Under the pieces are notes generated by a model. That model saw nothing but the letters and a program-made list of their open reading frames with translations, did no database searches and was not told the origin of the DNA. DNA of 64,000 nucleotides from Klebsormidium nitens (lineage: Eukaryota; Plantae; Klebsormidiophyceae), in assembly GCA_000708835.1 (NCBI GenBank), contig DF236957.1:186001-250000 (forward strand). Direction: 5' to 3'. Every line of letters starts with the position of its first letter. Within the stretch, counting starts at the first letter, position 1. The position numbers and the translations under genes are program-made. Below are positions 47,701-59,100 of this stretch, piece by piece.

Positions 47701-49919
47701 CGACGGAGTGCACCCCTTCGTCGCATTGGCGATGACGCGAGCGTCAGAAACGAGCATGTGTTTGCTCAGAGGAATTCACCGCTTTGGATGCTGCTCGGTA
47801 AGGAAAACAGACCCTGCTGACGTCAGGGGCTACTGAAGTTTTTCTTTCTCGCATTCGGCTCCAGTCAAGTGCATGCGCTGATGCGTCTTCGTGGAGCAAG
47901 TAACCAAGTCCACGAAGCGTAAGAGCCGGGCGGTACTGTGTGCCAGGACCTTAGCTGGTGAGATAGCAGCGACTGTGACGAGCTTGGAGCAGGGGCACGG
48001 CTTGCTCAAATGCTCTTTCTTCGAATATCTCGGAAGCCGCTACCAACATAAATGTGGAACCGCGAAGGATCGGAGTTTGCAAACCCGTTCTGTAGCTTTG
48101 CCCGACACCCGCACCGTATCGGTTGCCGTTCTGAATCTCTTTTGTGGACACTCAAGCGTGTAGTTAGAGGGCTCAAGCTAGGAGCGCAGAATATTTACTG
48201 CACTAGTTGTAGAGTGATGCTTATCTGCTGGAATCAAAAGGCGGGATCTTTTCGCTGTCTGATTTTCAGAAGGTGTGCTGGTCGGTTCTCTGAATCGAAG
48301 TTTCTTATCCGACGATCAAACGCTTGATGACGTCATTGAGAACCTGTGTAATGTGGTCGTAAGAGGTCGACTGTTGTGACTCACTTAGGTCGGATTAATC
48401 TCGAGCAGTGGTCGAGAGCTTCTTCAATTCCTGCTCGTAAGGCCCGCGTATACAACTTTAACGTGCTTCATGAAGTGTGATTTCTTGCATGATCCCCAAA
48501 AGCCCATTCGTGGTCACTCCACATGGACGGTCGGCGAACGGGGACATCTTAACCCCTGTTTATGGTGGCCGAAGCAGTACTGAATTCAGCAGGCCCTCTT
48601 TACGAGTTTCTGATATTGGATGTTAGCTAGCGAGCAGCTATGACGAGGTTGGGCGACTGGCCCACTGGCCATCTGTCGGCGAAGGAAACAGATGCTGTGT
48701 CTGTTTCTCTAGTGCATGCCTTTGCGACACGTTTCCTGCTCTTATCTGCTTATTTACGTTCTCATGCATTGCCGGGCTCTTCTGTCAACCTCGATTTGCC
48801 CACTCACCGAGATCCTGAATCACCAGTCGCGCGAGCACAATTGTAGGCTGTGTGCTCAGTTTGCAGCTTGCGAAGATGCGTGCCGTCGCAATCAGGAGCC
48901 TCCTCAAACATTGCTTGATTGGCTTTACCAGTCACTGTTCCTTTCAAGACCCAAGCCCGCTTGACGAGTGCGCCCAGAAAGTTCCCTGCTTCTCGTACCT
49001 GCTTCCGTTAGACTGTAGAGAATCCATACTCACCTGGCACTTACGACAGCGCGCCTTATCAAAGAGAAGCCGCTCTGTGCATTTGCGGACTATATCCGCA
49101 GACTTTCATGCGTTTGCAACCCTAGAAATTTAAATATATGTGGCGATCCTGTTTGTCGTCTCTTGCTGGCGGCAAAGATGTTGAACATTCTTGAGCGGAA
49201 ATAGTGGCTCAAGGATTCTTTTCTCCGGCCGAAGCCAGTCTGTGCAAGCTATCCTTTTTGGCGCTCTCTTCGCCGTTCTTGGCGGAGATGGGAAGTCAGC
49301 AGCTCCGTAAGCAGGTTCAATATCTTCTGATGCCCCCGTAACCTTCCTTCTTCGTTCTACTCAACAAACTCAAGCATGAACGCCCTCCCTCCCGCTGATC
49401 GTCATTGACAACCGACGCAGCTGGGCGCGAGCGCTTGTCTGTACAGCTTGCTTGAATCGTTACCATATCGGCACTTCTCTGCCCTAGAATTCATCCTTGG
49501 ACATGGAGGGATTCGCCAGGGAAACATCACGTCGACTGATTTACGCACCTCTTTTTGCAGATCTGCAAATTGCTCTGGATTTGGTCCGGGCTGCCGGGCG
49601 CGACGTTCCACTGGTCACCTTCGGCCACATGCACCAGATCCTGGCCCACGGGAAAGGGGAGCGGAAACTGCTGGTTAACAACCCGTCGACCGGGACGGTT
49701 TACCTTAACACCGCCATTGTGCCACGGGTTAAAGATGTGTGGTCAGGACAGGATGACGAAGGTTCGCCAGTCAAATGTCGGGATTGTCGAAACTTTTTCG
49801 TGGTTGAGATGGAGGATTCGCGGGTTCGGTCTGTTCAGGAGTTGTGGGTCAGTGTAAGTCCGGGTGAGAAGCCCGCTTGTATTGTGAGCAGGCAAGAATT
49901 GCTCATTGAGACTGTGTAA
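41707..49919 (+). CDS. Calcineurin-like metallophosphoesterase, DevT / TIGR04168-like family
   Basis: Exons 41707-41748 (a further 5' extension is possible), 42084-42134, 42612-42633, 42924-43038, 43601-43636, 43946-44074, 44400-44506, 44912-44986, 49561-49919 total 936 nt with consistent phases. Motifs: IAIIGDVH, FVGDFG, ILGNHDAW, LSVVGGRPFS, MAHNGPTGLG, DICGRDF, GDPDL, VTFGHMH, YLNTAIVPR. Confidence 0.88.
46966..47820 (+). pseudogene. 284-codon ORF of unknown origin inside the 4.6-kb intron; possible transposon or gene remnant
   Basis: It is the longest ORF outside the identified genes. HHWLLAV at 47224-47244 loosely resembles the Ulp1/C48 His motif. No other catalytic motif was confirmed. 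Confidence 0.25.
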
Positions 49920-50229
49920 ATTCCACAATTAGATACGAAGCCTGAGTACAGTCAAATAGACCGATACAGACCGATACAGGTTACAAAACCAGATGTTGAT
50001 AAACTTACATAAGAGTCTTAAGGTCAACATCAGGCCTTGTCCTTCATAAGAAAGAGGAAGACACATCGATGTCAGAATGTCCCCTTAGACGACCTTTGGT
50101 TTCAAATTAACGAGGTCTGATCTCAAACCCTTTCTGTACCATGTTTGAGATCCAAGTGTCACCAAACGTCACCCTTTGGTTCGGGTCTCGATCTCTTTGT
50201 TTCGACCTGTCAGTGGAGGGTTGTTGGTC

Positions 50230-51240
50230 GAATTCCTCTACCCGACGGAAGAGTAGACTCCTTATGCCTAGATTTTTTTGTTTGGGTGATTCCTAAGATT
50301 TTGCGCCCGGTAGGCGTTTGTCGCATCTTTGATGCGAAGTTTGTTTGTCCGGCTAGCCTAGCTCGGCAGATCCTTGGCACTCAGTTTGAGTACGTACACC
50401 CTGAGAACGTCCTTAGCAACCTGTCTTGACAGTCGAACGTACTCTGGCGTTGAGTCGGATCAGATCGGTCGCATCGGGTCGGATTGTCGATGATCTGCTG
50501 CATATATTCAAGTCACTGAGTCAGAGACTCGGAGACGCCCTTTGTGATTTGAGGACTGTCGTCCCCCCAAGCGTCTTGCGGTTCTGACGAACAAGGGCGA
50601 TTCGCGCAGAACACGTTCTCATTCATGAAGCTTTCATTTTTCGGACGTCGTTCCAAGTTTGCTCGTTGACGGTGGCAAGGGGCCGAGAAGCGGCAGGCTC
50701 CGTTTTCGACACTGATCCGATCTGCCAGGCTGCACTTGGTTGAAGGCAGATGGCGCGCCGCTTTGCGGAACGGCTTGCTCTTTCATTCGTGGTCACTCAC
50801 GCTGGAAGCATCTTGACTGTCTTGGAGCAGTTCATTCATGGTTTCATCCAGTGCCGTATCAAGGGCCAAATGGCTGGATTTTTTGCAAAATGTATCAAGT
50901 GCTAGCGTGATGCGATTACAAACACGGCCCCACATCGCCCACATGCCTTTTGTAGGCACGTCGGAGCCTCTCGAAAGCCCGAACGTGAGTCACGGGGTCG
51001 AGTCACGATCTGTGGCGATTGCAGATCACGAGCGCTTCCCTCATCAGATCAGCTGCAACTTTTCACCGAGATCCGATGCCGCAAAACGAGCTGTAAGCCC
51101 TTTCGGACTTCGACAACGGGTCTGTCCGGAGGCTAACCCGTTATCTGCATTTCAGTACTCCCCTTTTGAAGCACTCAATTGTTTCTTTCGTTTGTTTGGC
51201 TTCAGACGGTGCCGTTGCCCTGACGTTGTCGACCTCTAGC
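50230..51240 (-). pseudogene. Decayed helical protein with a C-terminal J-domain-like motif
   Basis: The - strand reads VLKLSAKDLPS*ASRTNKLRIKDATNAYRAQNLRNHPNK (50393-50277). The spacing AYR-x3-L-x2-HPxK equals that of the J-domain AYRKLALKYHPDK. There is an in-frame TAG at 50358-50360, and upstream helical fragments are interrupted by stops and frameshifts. Confidence 0.4.
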
Positions 51241-53139
51241 GAGTAGCTCCGTCTCATGACTTAGTGCAGAATACGATTGCAATTCTAGGGGATCCCCGGT
51301 AAAATTTGGCTGCGATTATGACGGGCTCAAAGAACGAGTGCAAAGCTGCTCAGAAGAGAGCTGTCTGATTTGGACGCCGCTCCCCAAGCTCGCGTGATGA
51401 TTTCAGCACTGCTCTAATGCTTAGCAGCATGATCAGTTTTGATCATTATTATTGCGTGTCGCCGTCGAGCTGTGGAACATGGACTGATCAATGGGTTTGT
51501 ACTTTGTACCACCGTAAGTGATTTCTCAAAGTGGGAACGTCAGATCGGCTTACTGTTAATGGCTATGGCGCTCGGTAAGGCCTGCTCGAAGTCGGAGCGG
51601 TTTCTCTTTGTCCCCCCCTGCAACCCCCTTCCCTCCCCGGGTTCAGAGCAAACGACTTGTTTTTAGCGTCGAATTACCGAGCCCAACTGGCTTCTGCGAC
51701 GAGTCTTCTTGGCGCATGGCGCGGCAATGATACGCCCAGTACGAAATGAGCTTCACTTTCAGCTCAAAAGAGGCATCAGCTTGGTGATGCTGCCTGCATA
51801 ACAAGAAACTGCGCTTCCGGTCCGATCGATGGTGAGCAATAGGGAACGCATTGGGCGGAGCGCCAGACGGCGCGGCTAGCAACTTCTCAGAAACTTCAGT
51901 TCTGCCTGGCGGCTTGAACGGATTCGAAGTTAGGACGCCCACTTCGACGTGCAGCCGAGTCGTTGTACATGTGAATGGTCAGATGCCGGGTTTCCAAAGC
52001 GACGTTCTTCGTACTTGTGGGTGTCGGATGGATTTATACTGCGTGTCTTCTGAAAAGCATTCCCCTTGTCTTGCGTCTGCTTGGTCCATTCTCCTCGCGA
52101 CTCTCCCAGGCTGGATGTGTGGTGGAATAACCTTGGTCGTCCGACCGCTAGGGTGCCGAAATCTCAACGTCCCGCTGCGCTGAGTGGTGCGCGCCAGTCA
52201 CTCAGCCCAGTAGCGGCTATGATCGACGATCGATTATGAGCTGGCATTGCCTCATCTACTGTAGATGACGCAAATAGGTCATCATGCCAATCTGGATGCC
52301 GTTCAAAAGCTTTTTCGTGGCGGCTGTTGAAGATTTATGATTATCTTTCGGGGAGACTGCTAGGAGACAGTTGAAAGAACTTACTGGAAGTTGCTTTGTC
52401 GCTTGTCCAGCGTACCCTTAATGCACATGCAGAAGGCTGACAGAGCGAATGTGGACCGAGGAAAAGTTCACATCGCCAGAAATCTGAGATTGGGTCATTT
52501 CACTGAATTTCTTTAGCAGAAATTCGTGTCGTTTTGCTGGAACCCACCGGCTCAATCACCGAGCACAAGGCATGTTGTACACGTATGCAGGCCTAGTCGA
52601 CCCCGTGGCCTCGCCTATGGCGGCGCGCTGCAGTACTATGCTAACCTAAACCCCCAGTGAGAAGATTCACCGACGAGCAATTGGGAGGCCTCGTGCCGTT
52701 CTGTCGGAGCATATGTGCCCCCAACAGGAGCTTGACGGTGAGAAGTGACTGTGAGGCCGCTCAAGCTCAAGGCACACATTGTTTTTAGCACGGTGCTTTT
52801 CTGCCGTTTCGTCTTATCGTTGGGCATACTTTGCCCTTCCCCCCTCCTTTCTCCTTCGTGGAATGGAGGCGACAGGCAATAAGGCTTACGTTTGGTTAAT
52901 GGCGCCCCAATGCTTGCAACCCCCTTGTAACGGCAAAGGGAAGGGGGTATCAGGGGTTTCAGTAGTTGCGCTGGGTTTCGTTGGTCGAATGGGTATGAAT
53001 TTGTGCTTTGCAACTATATTTCACCCTACGTACCATCAGCGTTTTTTGAGTGTTCTGGCAACTTCTCAACGTCGGACGAGCGAGCTCAAAACCAACACGA
53101 GATTTCCGATTTGCTAAGTCAGTGAAGCGGTAGCTGTTG

Positions 53140-56100
53140 ACGAACTAGCGGCCAGGATGCGCGTGACTTGGGCAGGCAGCTCAATCGTGTTAACGTCTTG
53201 GTCAGAGGCCGCTTGCGACTACTGAAGCAACCGTACTGCCCCTCTACAAAGACAAGCTGGACATTGAAGCAAACTTTTGCCTTTAGTTTGTTTCTCTCTT
53301 TGCTGCGCTTGCGATAGATTGAAAAGACTCAAGGAGATGCTTACAGGCGCGTCGAAGCTGAGGCCTGTTTGTACTCATCTGCCCTCAGTATTCTGTGTAC
53401 ACTCCTCTATGATCTATTTATCTTTCTGGCCGAAGCGAATGCTTCGAGCAGGTCCTTGCTGCGACCGGTACGACCTGACATTGAAAAGTTGTTTCAAATT
53501 TTGACCGTGTAGTCACCATGTCTAGAATGCTTCAAGGGACTGATTGAATTGCAAACGCGGGACTCCTTTCCTGGCATCCTAAGCACGCCTTCGCATAAGC
53601 CGTGGGCCTTGTACCTGCTAATGAAAGCTAGTCGACGCACAATATTGAGTCATGTGCATCATACTGCCCTGATGCAACTCCCCGTAGGGTTCTGCTCACT
53701 GCCCTGCTTTTGAAATTTTGAGTTCTGGCAATGAAGCTTTCAAAAAACGAGGATCCGGCTCTCGATGCTGAAGATAGGTGTGACGTCTGGGATGCCATTT
53801 GAAAACCTCTGATCTTTTCCTTTTTCGAGGCCACGAACTATTTTCTCCTCCACACGTGAATCCACCGCCTCATCCCAACAGCAGGTTCGAGTTTCATCCA
53901 TCACTTACGTTGATCTTGAAACAAGCCACTTAAAGGCTCAAGTTACAAGACTGAAGGAGTTGGCTGAGCCGTGACTTCGTCTGTACTGGACTGCGCGGAC
54001 TGCTCGGTAGAAGACAAATATTCATTCCAGTCCGTCCTGCTTGAATCCACTCATTAAAAGTTGGAGAATCCACATCCGTTTGGTCTTGATTATATCCCAC
54101 TGTCGCTAACACAGCCTGGGCTGCTTTGCAACGGCTCGATCGGAGTGGTATCGCCCTGCATATATGATGCCCAACTCTGTCGTTCGCTAAAATAATGCCT
54201 TTCGGTTGCGAAAGTCTGTTTACAGCAAGTGAGTTTCTTAACGGGTCCACTGACAAACTCAACCGTGATCTGCGACCAGTACGTCGGCGCTCAAGGCGCG
54301 GCGATGATACGAGATCCGAGCATTGCCCCGCTCAAAAATCAGATTCGTCCCTCGTGATGCCATAAAATAGGCAGTCACCGCGAATCCGCTTTTTGGTTGG
54401 GATTACGCCAACTTTTGAGGGTTCTGCGATACAAGGCGATGCCGCATACCTCCGAACTTTCAAAAGTCGGGGGCCCGGTTGATGTCATGTGTGGACATTA
54501 CAAGAGTTGAGCGGAATCCTGAATGCCCGACAAAGCTTTCATGCCGTAGACTCCACAGACTTCCCGACTTCCAACTACAAGGGTTTGACTAGTACCTTCG
54601 TCAGCTTTTTTGTTCGCATCGAGACTGCACATACTGTTCGTCGACAATGCAAGTTTTACTCCTGATCATTACTTGTTTAGATGCCCTGATCCTCTTTTGC
54701 TGTTCGTTGTTCAGCCGGACACGGGTCAGCGGCCATGAATTGCAAAGCCACGAGCATATTCGAGCTCAGCGCTGGTCCCAACCACCTAGCTAGCTTCCAG
54801 ATGCCGACCTCGTACTTTTGTTCCCCCGTGATGGCAAGAACCTCTTCAGTGATATCCCATCCTGATTGTTTCTGTCCTTGTAAATTTGATCTGCTCCTAT
54901 TTGCGTTTGGATCTGATTGAAGGGGCGTTGGTATTGATTCGGGGATGAAGAACATCATCTGACGCCGCGGATCCATGTAGTTCGGAGCGCAACGCAAGCT
55001 GCCGGCTGTGATGCAGTGTGCTCGAGGGGCACCATATCAAGGTGCATCTGAAGCCGGTGCCAAACTCAATAAACTGTCTAGATTATGCGAATATCTGCCT
55101 ACCTGGTTCAAATAAAGTATCATATTGTGAGTTGCCAGTGCCTCTGGATCCCAGCCATTGAATGGTTTCTGACTGCACCTAATTCAAGATGTTTCCATGC
55201 AAGAATACCGCAGCTTGCCGCCAATTATCTGTATGTGGGCTCTGGCATGGTTTGCGATAAAGTCACCGATTCGACTGCTCCGGTGCACCCCTTAACGTAC
55301 CTAGCTAATCATGCTATCTTCTTTTCAAACGATATGAAAAATTGTTGAGAGGGCACGTGGGAAAAAGTTCGTTTAACCCAGTCACCATTCGAAGCATCTG
55401 TGCCTTTAACAAGCTGCTATTCTCGGGTAATCATGGATCTGAGGGGCATAAGCTCGAGGCACAATTGTCAGTTTGATGCCGTCCTGCCACTTCGTCGGGT
55501 CACGAAGTGTCCCGATGATTAAAAAGGCAAACGGGACGGGAATTTGCTCTTGCATACTAGAAGGCCGTCCATCGAACAATGCTTGTGGGTCTTTTTCTGG
55601 TCTCTTAATATCTGGGCAAAAGTCTTTGCTCTGTACGCACGACTTCGGGCCCACCTTCGAAGTCGCTTCTGAACAGAGTACTTTCTGCCGCCTTCTTGAT
55701 GGACGGGACGGCCCAGCAGACTAGAATAAAGATCGCAGAGGTACTAGCCGTTTGGCGAAGTAGCGGCCAGGAAGAACGGTGACCTTGGGCAGGCCCTAGC
55801 AGCTTAGTAAAATTCGGAGCTTCTGGTCGGAGGCCGCTTTTTACTTGAGTCAATCAGAACGCTCCTTGACCGAAATAGTCTGGAATCCGAGAAAATTTGG
55901 TGCACTTCTTCTAAGACGCTCCGTTTCTGTGCATTCGATAAGTTGAAGCGCTAATTGTGCAATCTGGTCAAAAGCGCTATAAGAGCTGAGACCTCTCAGT
56001 ACTTAATATTGGAATCTGTCCTGAGGCTTCCGTAATTATACCCTCTGTTGTATGTTTCCGGGCCAAGCAAACCTTCGGTGCTGCGAAGGGGGCGACATAA

Positions 56101-59100
56101 CGTGTTCGTCTTGAAGTATGGACTGCGTGGTAATCATATCCATAATTGAAGCTAGTTGGCATCTCCAACAGATGAGAAAAGACGTTGCTCCACGCGGGGA
56201 AGTCCTTCCTCGCTCCCTAAGGCTGGCGTCACAAATGCCATGCGCCATTGGCTTGCTTGTTGGAGCAGGTTCTTCCGCTTAAGTTATTGTGGGGTACCTG
56301 ATGGACCAGAGACTATGCGCAGCATGTTGCAAATCGTTGTATTTCTGCTTTGAACACTATAAGTCAGTGGCGATGACGCGCTGAGAAAACGAGCATCCTC
56401 TTTTTCCTCATTGGGGGAGTGATGGTTTGCATGTTTCTTTAGCTTGGATGCCGCTGGGACGCCCTAGATTTTCGTGGCAAAGGAAGTTCTGGCGTTAGTC
56501 CGACATTGACGTCGGTATCGGTTTCAACGGCACGTGCCAGTCCGAAAAATTCCTGTCTCGCTTCAAGCTATGATCGAAACAAGACGCATCAGCAGTTCAC
56601 CTTCTTGATTTGGAGGAGCATGTAACAACTACTGGTGCCAGCCGGATCCAAATTTGTGGCAGCTTGAGTGTGTTTAGATACGTGTACGAGTTACGGAGCT
56701 CAGTCACGTTGCTAGCAGTTGTGACGGTTGCCCAAAACAAAGTCTAGCGCTTCGCCCAGGCTCGATTGAAATGATACTGATGTCGGATGCTGCGGTGTGT
56801 GTTACGTCGCTTGTGGACACTTTCGGAAGTCTTTGGAAGATTGCTTGGAGGCCCGGGGCCGGCCATCTGACTTTTCAGTCGCCTGATGTCGAAAACATCC
56901 CTTGATCTGTATCTGGTGCTCAAATCTGATTAGTGTGCCACCTTATGTCGACTGCTGCCACAACCCACAAATTCTGAAGTGTGTATCGTCTTCGTTTCTC
57001 CGTCTTTAGGCTTGTGTGCGAATGCACCCAAAGAGATTGCAGGATTTTGCCTTGATAAAGGGGGAGGTATTTGGCTGGCGGCTGTGACGGGCCCAAATCA
57101 AAGAGCATGACATCGCTCATGGCAGGTGCTGATCTCTTCGGACGCCGCTAGCTCGACAAGCCCAGCGTGAAACCTCAAGTTTTACAAGTATTTCCTAGAT
57201 TTGAATTGTCGCTTCCGCCCCCGAAGCCAGCGAGTGAGACAGCTCAAAAATGACAGAACCGGCCCGTAGTAGCACTGCCAGGTTGGCTATTGGATACGAC
57301 ATGCAAGGCCTGCTTGAATCCGGAAAATCAAAGAAGCCGAAACCATTCTCGTCGCTCTTGTTTGAATCTCGGGTGTCGCTGAGTCGACAGCCGGAACTGA
57401 TTTTCACCGGGTCGAGCTCGCTTTGGTTTTTGCATACTACGAAACTCCATCCTACCAGCAGTAAAATCTCTGGAAAACACAAGCCTTTGAGTTCACGAAG
57501 CGTGCATGAAGGGTGGTAATGATTGATTACGTTTATTCGACCACTCTGTGCGCATGCTTAGTATACGTCAGCGCGGCATTAATATCACATAAGCCCAGCT
57601 TCGTGACCCAGCTTCGTGACCCGAGCTCACCGAGCTTTTATTTCGCTTAAGGCCAGTGAGTACGTGAGCGATGCCGCACATGTTCAAGATATGCGCTCCT
57701 GGCCGTCGACTGTTCGGTTTGATCAACATTGACGTCACGAGTTTGTACGCGCGCAAGCGGTCGGACTGAGGCGCGATTGGGGCCCGGCCGTGCAGGCGGC
57801 CGGCCAAGCCCTGCTAACGTACACAGACATAGTCACGCTGGCGTCTTGCCTGAAGTCGGGCGGATACTCCGTCCGTGCAGATAGTAGTTTTGATGTCATA
57901 CAGAAAGTGAATCACTCTTTGTGAGGATTGTGAAAAAACTGGAACTGATCGTGACGTATCCCGCCGAACGGCCTCTTCATTTTCAACTACGACGAGCAAA
58001 GTTTTGAGCACGCATGTGCTCATCCGCATGCACCGTTTCAACAGAAACATATTCCCTGAGTTGGCGAGACAAGCTGAACTAGTGAGTCCTGGTTAGGGTT
58101 TCTTGAAAGAAAATTATCGGACGAGGCCTTTGAAACGTGAGAAATTTGCGACTTTGAAGGCTTGACAATCATGAATGATTCTAATACTTCTGCTGAATGG
58201 CTGCTATTCTTACACGTAAAGCGAGCTTGAGCAGGTGGGCGAACCGATTGATTTCTGGACCGTTTACAATTGAAAAGGTCGCCTGATTCTCACTTTGTTT
58301 TTAATTGCTGCCAGTCAGCGTACAGACAACTAACCCACGAGCTGTATCTTCGCCCATAGCCTTTCTTCCTCAACTGCTCATATTAGCATAATTTTCGAGG
58401 CCCGTGAGTTCTATGATACTTGCCCAGCTGACTTAGTATATGCTTAAGTTCCTGAGTTGCGAGGCTTGGCGCACTCTTTGCATGCACCACCAATTCAAGA
58501 CGGATAGCGTATCTCTTGGTGCTAGCCTAGCAGCTTGTTAAAAGCAGGCCCGTTCGACTTTTTGGGCTGCCACTTTTGGGCTGCCGGCAGGCCGAATGTT
58601 GGTCAAAGGTTCTGCTTTTGGGGCCTTAGTCGCAGAATTTTGAAACGCCACACGGTATAGACAAGTGGGCTCAGAGCCTTTGTTTTTCTTCGCCTTCTTA
58701 AAACATTGGCATATCAGAGAAGACGGCAATTAGGCTCCGAAAGTGTTTTAGCGTGCTTCTGGGGAATCAAGAGCGTCATACTGGGGTGTTTTGTGCGGAT
58801 CGTGAAGTCGGGCTTCGCTTGCGTTCAAGTGGCTGGGCGAATCGAACGGCGCTAACGTGGTCAGGAAATGAGCGTGTCTGCTCAAAAATGTCGGAATGCC
58901 GCTCATGCAGGAAGTTCTGCTTCCCGATTATGCCAAGGAATCCTATTGCATTCCGCCCACGTCTTCAAATTTTTCTCTATGTATCCTGTCCACGCGTGCC
59001 GGGGTTCCACGTGTGCCCACCAATTTTGAAGCATATTACTCGTACATCCAACTCAAAATCTGGACGCCAAACTTTGAAATGTTCAAGTCCGTTGGACGAT

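Noticed and set aside
52252-52268. Perfect 8-bp inverted repeat TCATCTAC-T-GTAGATGA
   Set aside because: An isolated short palindrome, expected by chance in 64 kb.
53655-54409. OTU-like motifs on the - strand (VIPTK..GDCLFYGI at 54356-54409; GQYDA at 53655-53669)
   Set aside because: The motifs are degenerate and too far apart, and the same bases read as more convincing open helical frames on the + strand, so this is probably antisense coincidence.
56150-56570. hAT-transposase-like fragments on the - strand (VEQRLFSSVG; LPLPRKSR)
   Set aside because: The fragments are in different frames, there is no DDE context or terminal repeat, and the match is too short to distinguish from chance.
58940-59010. 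AAA-ATPase-like KFEDVGGM on the - strand
   Set aside because: No Walker A or B motif follows.
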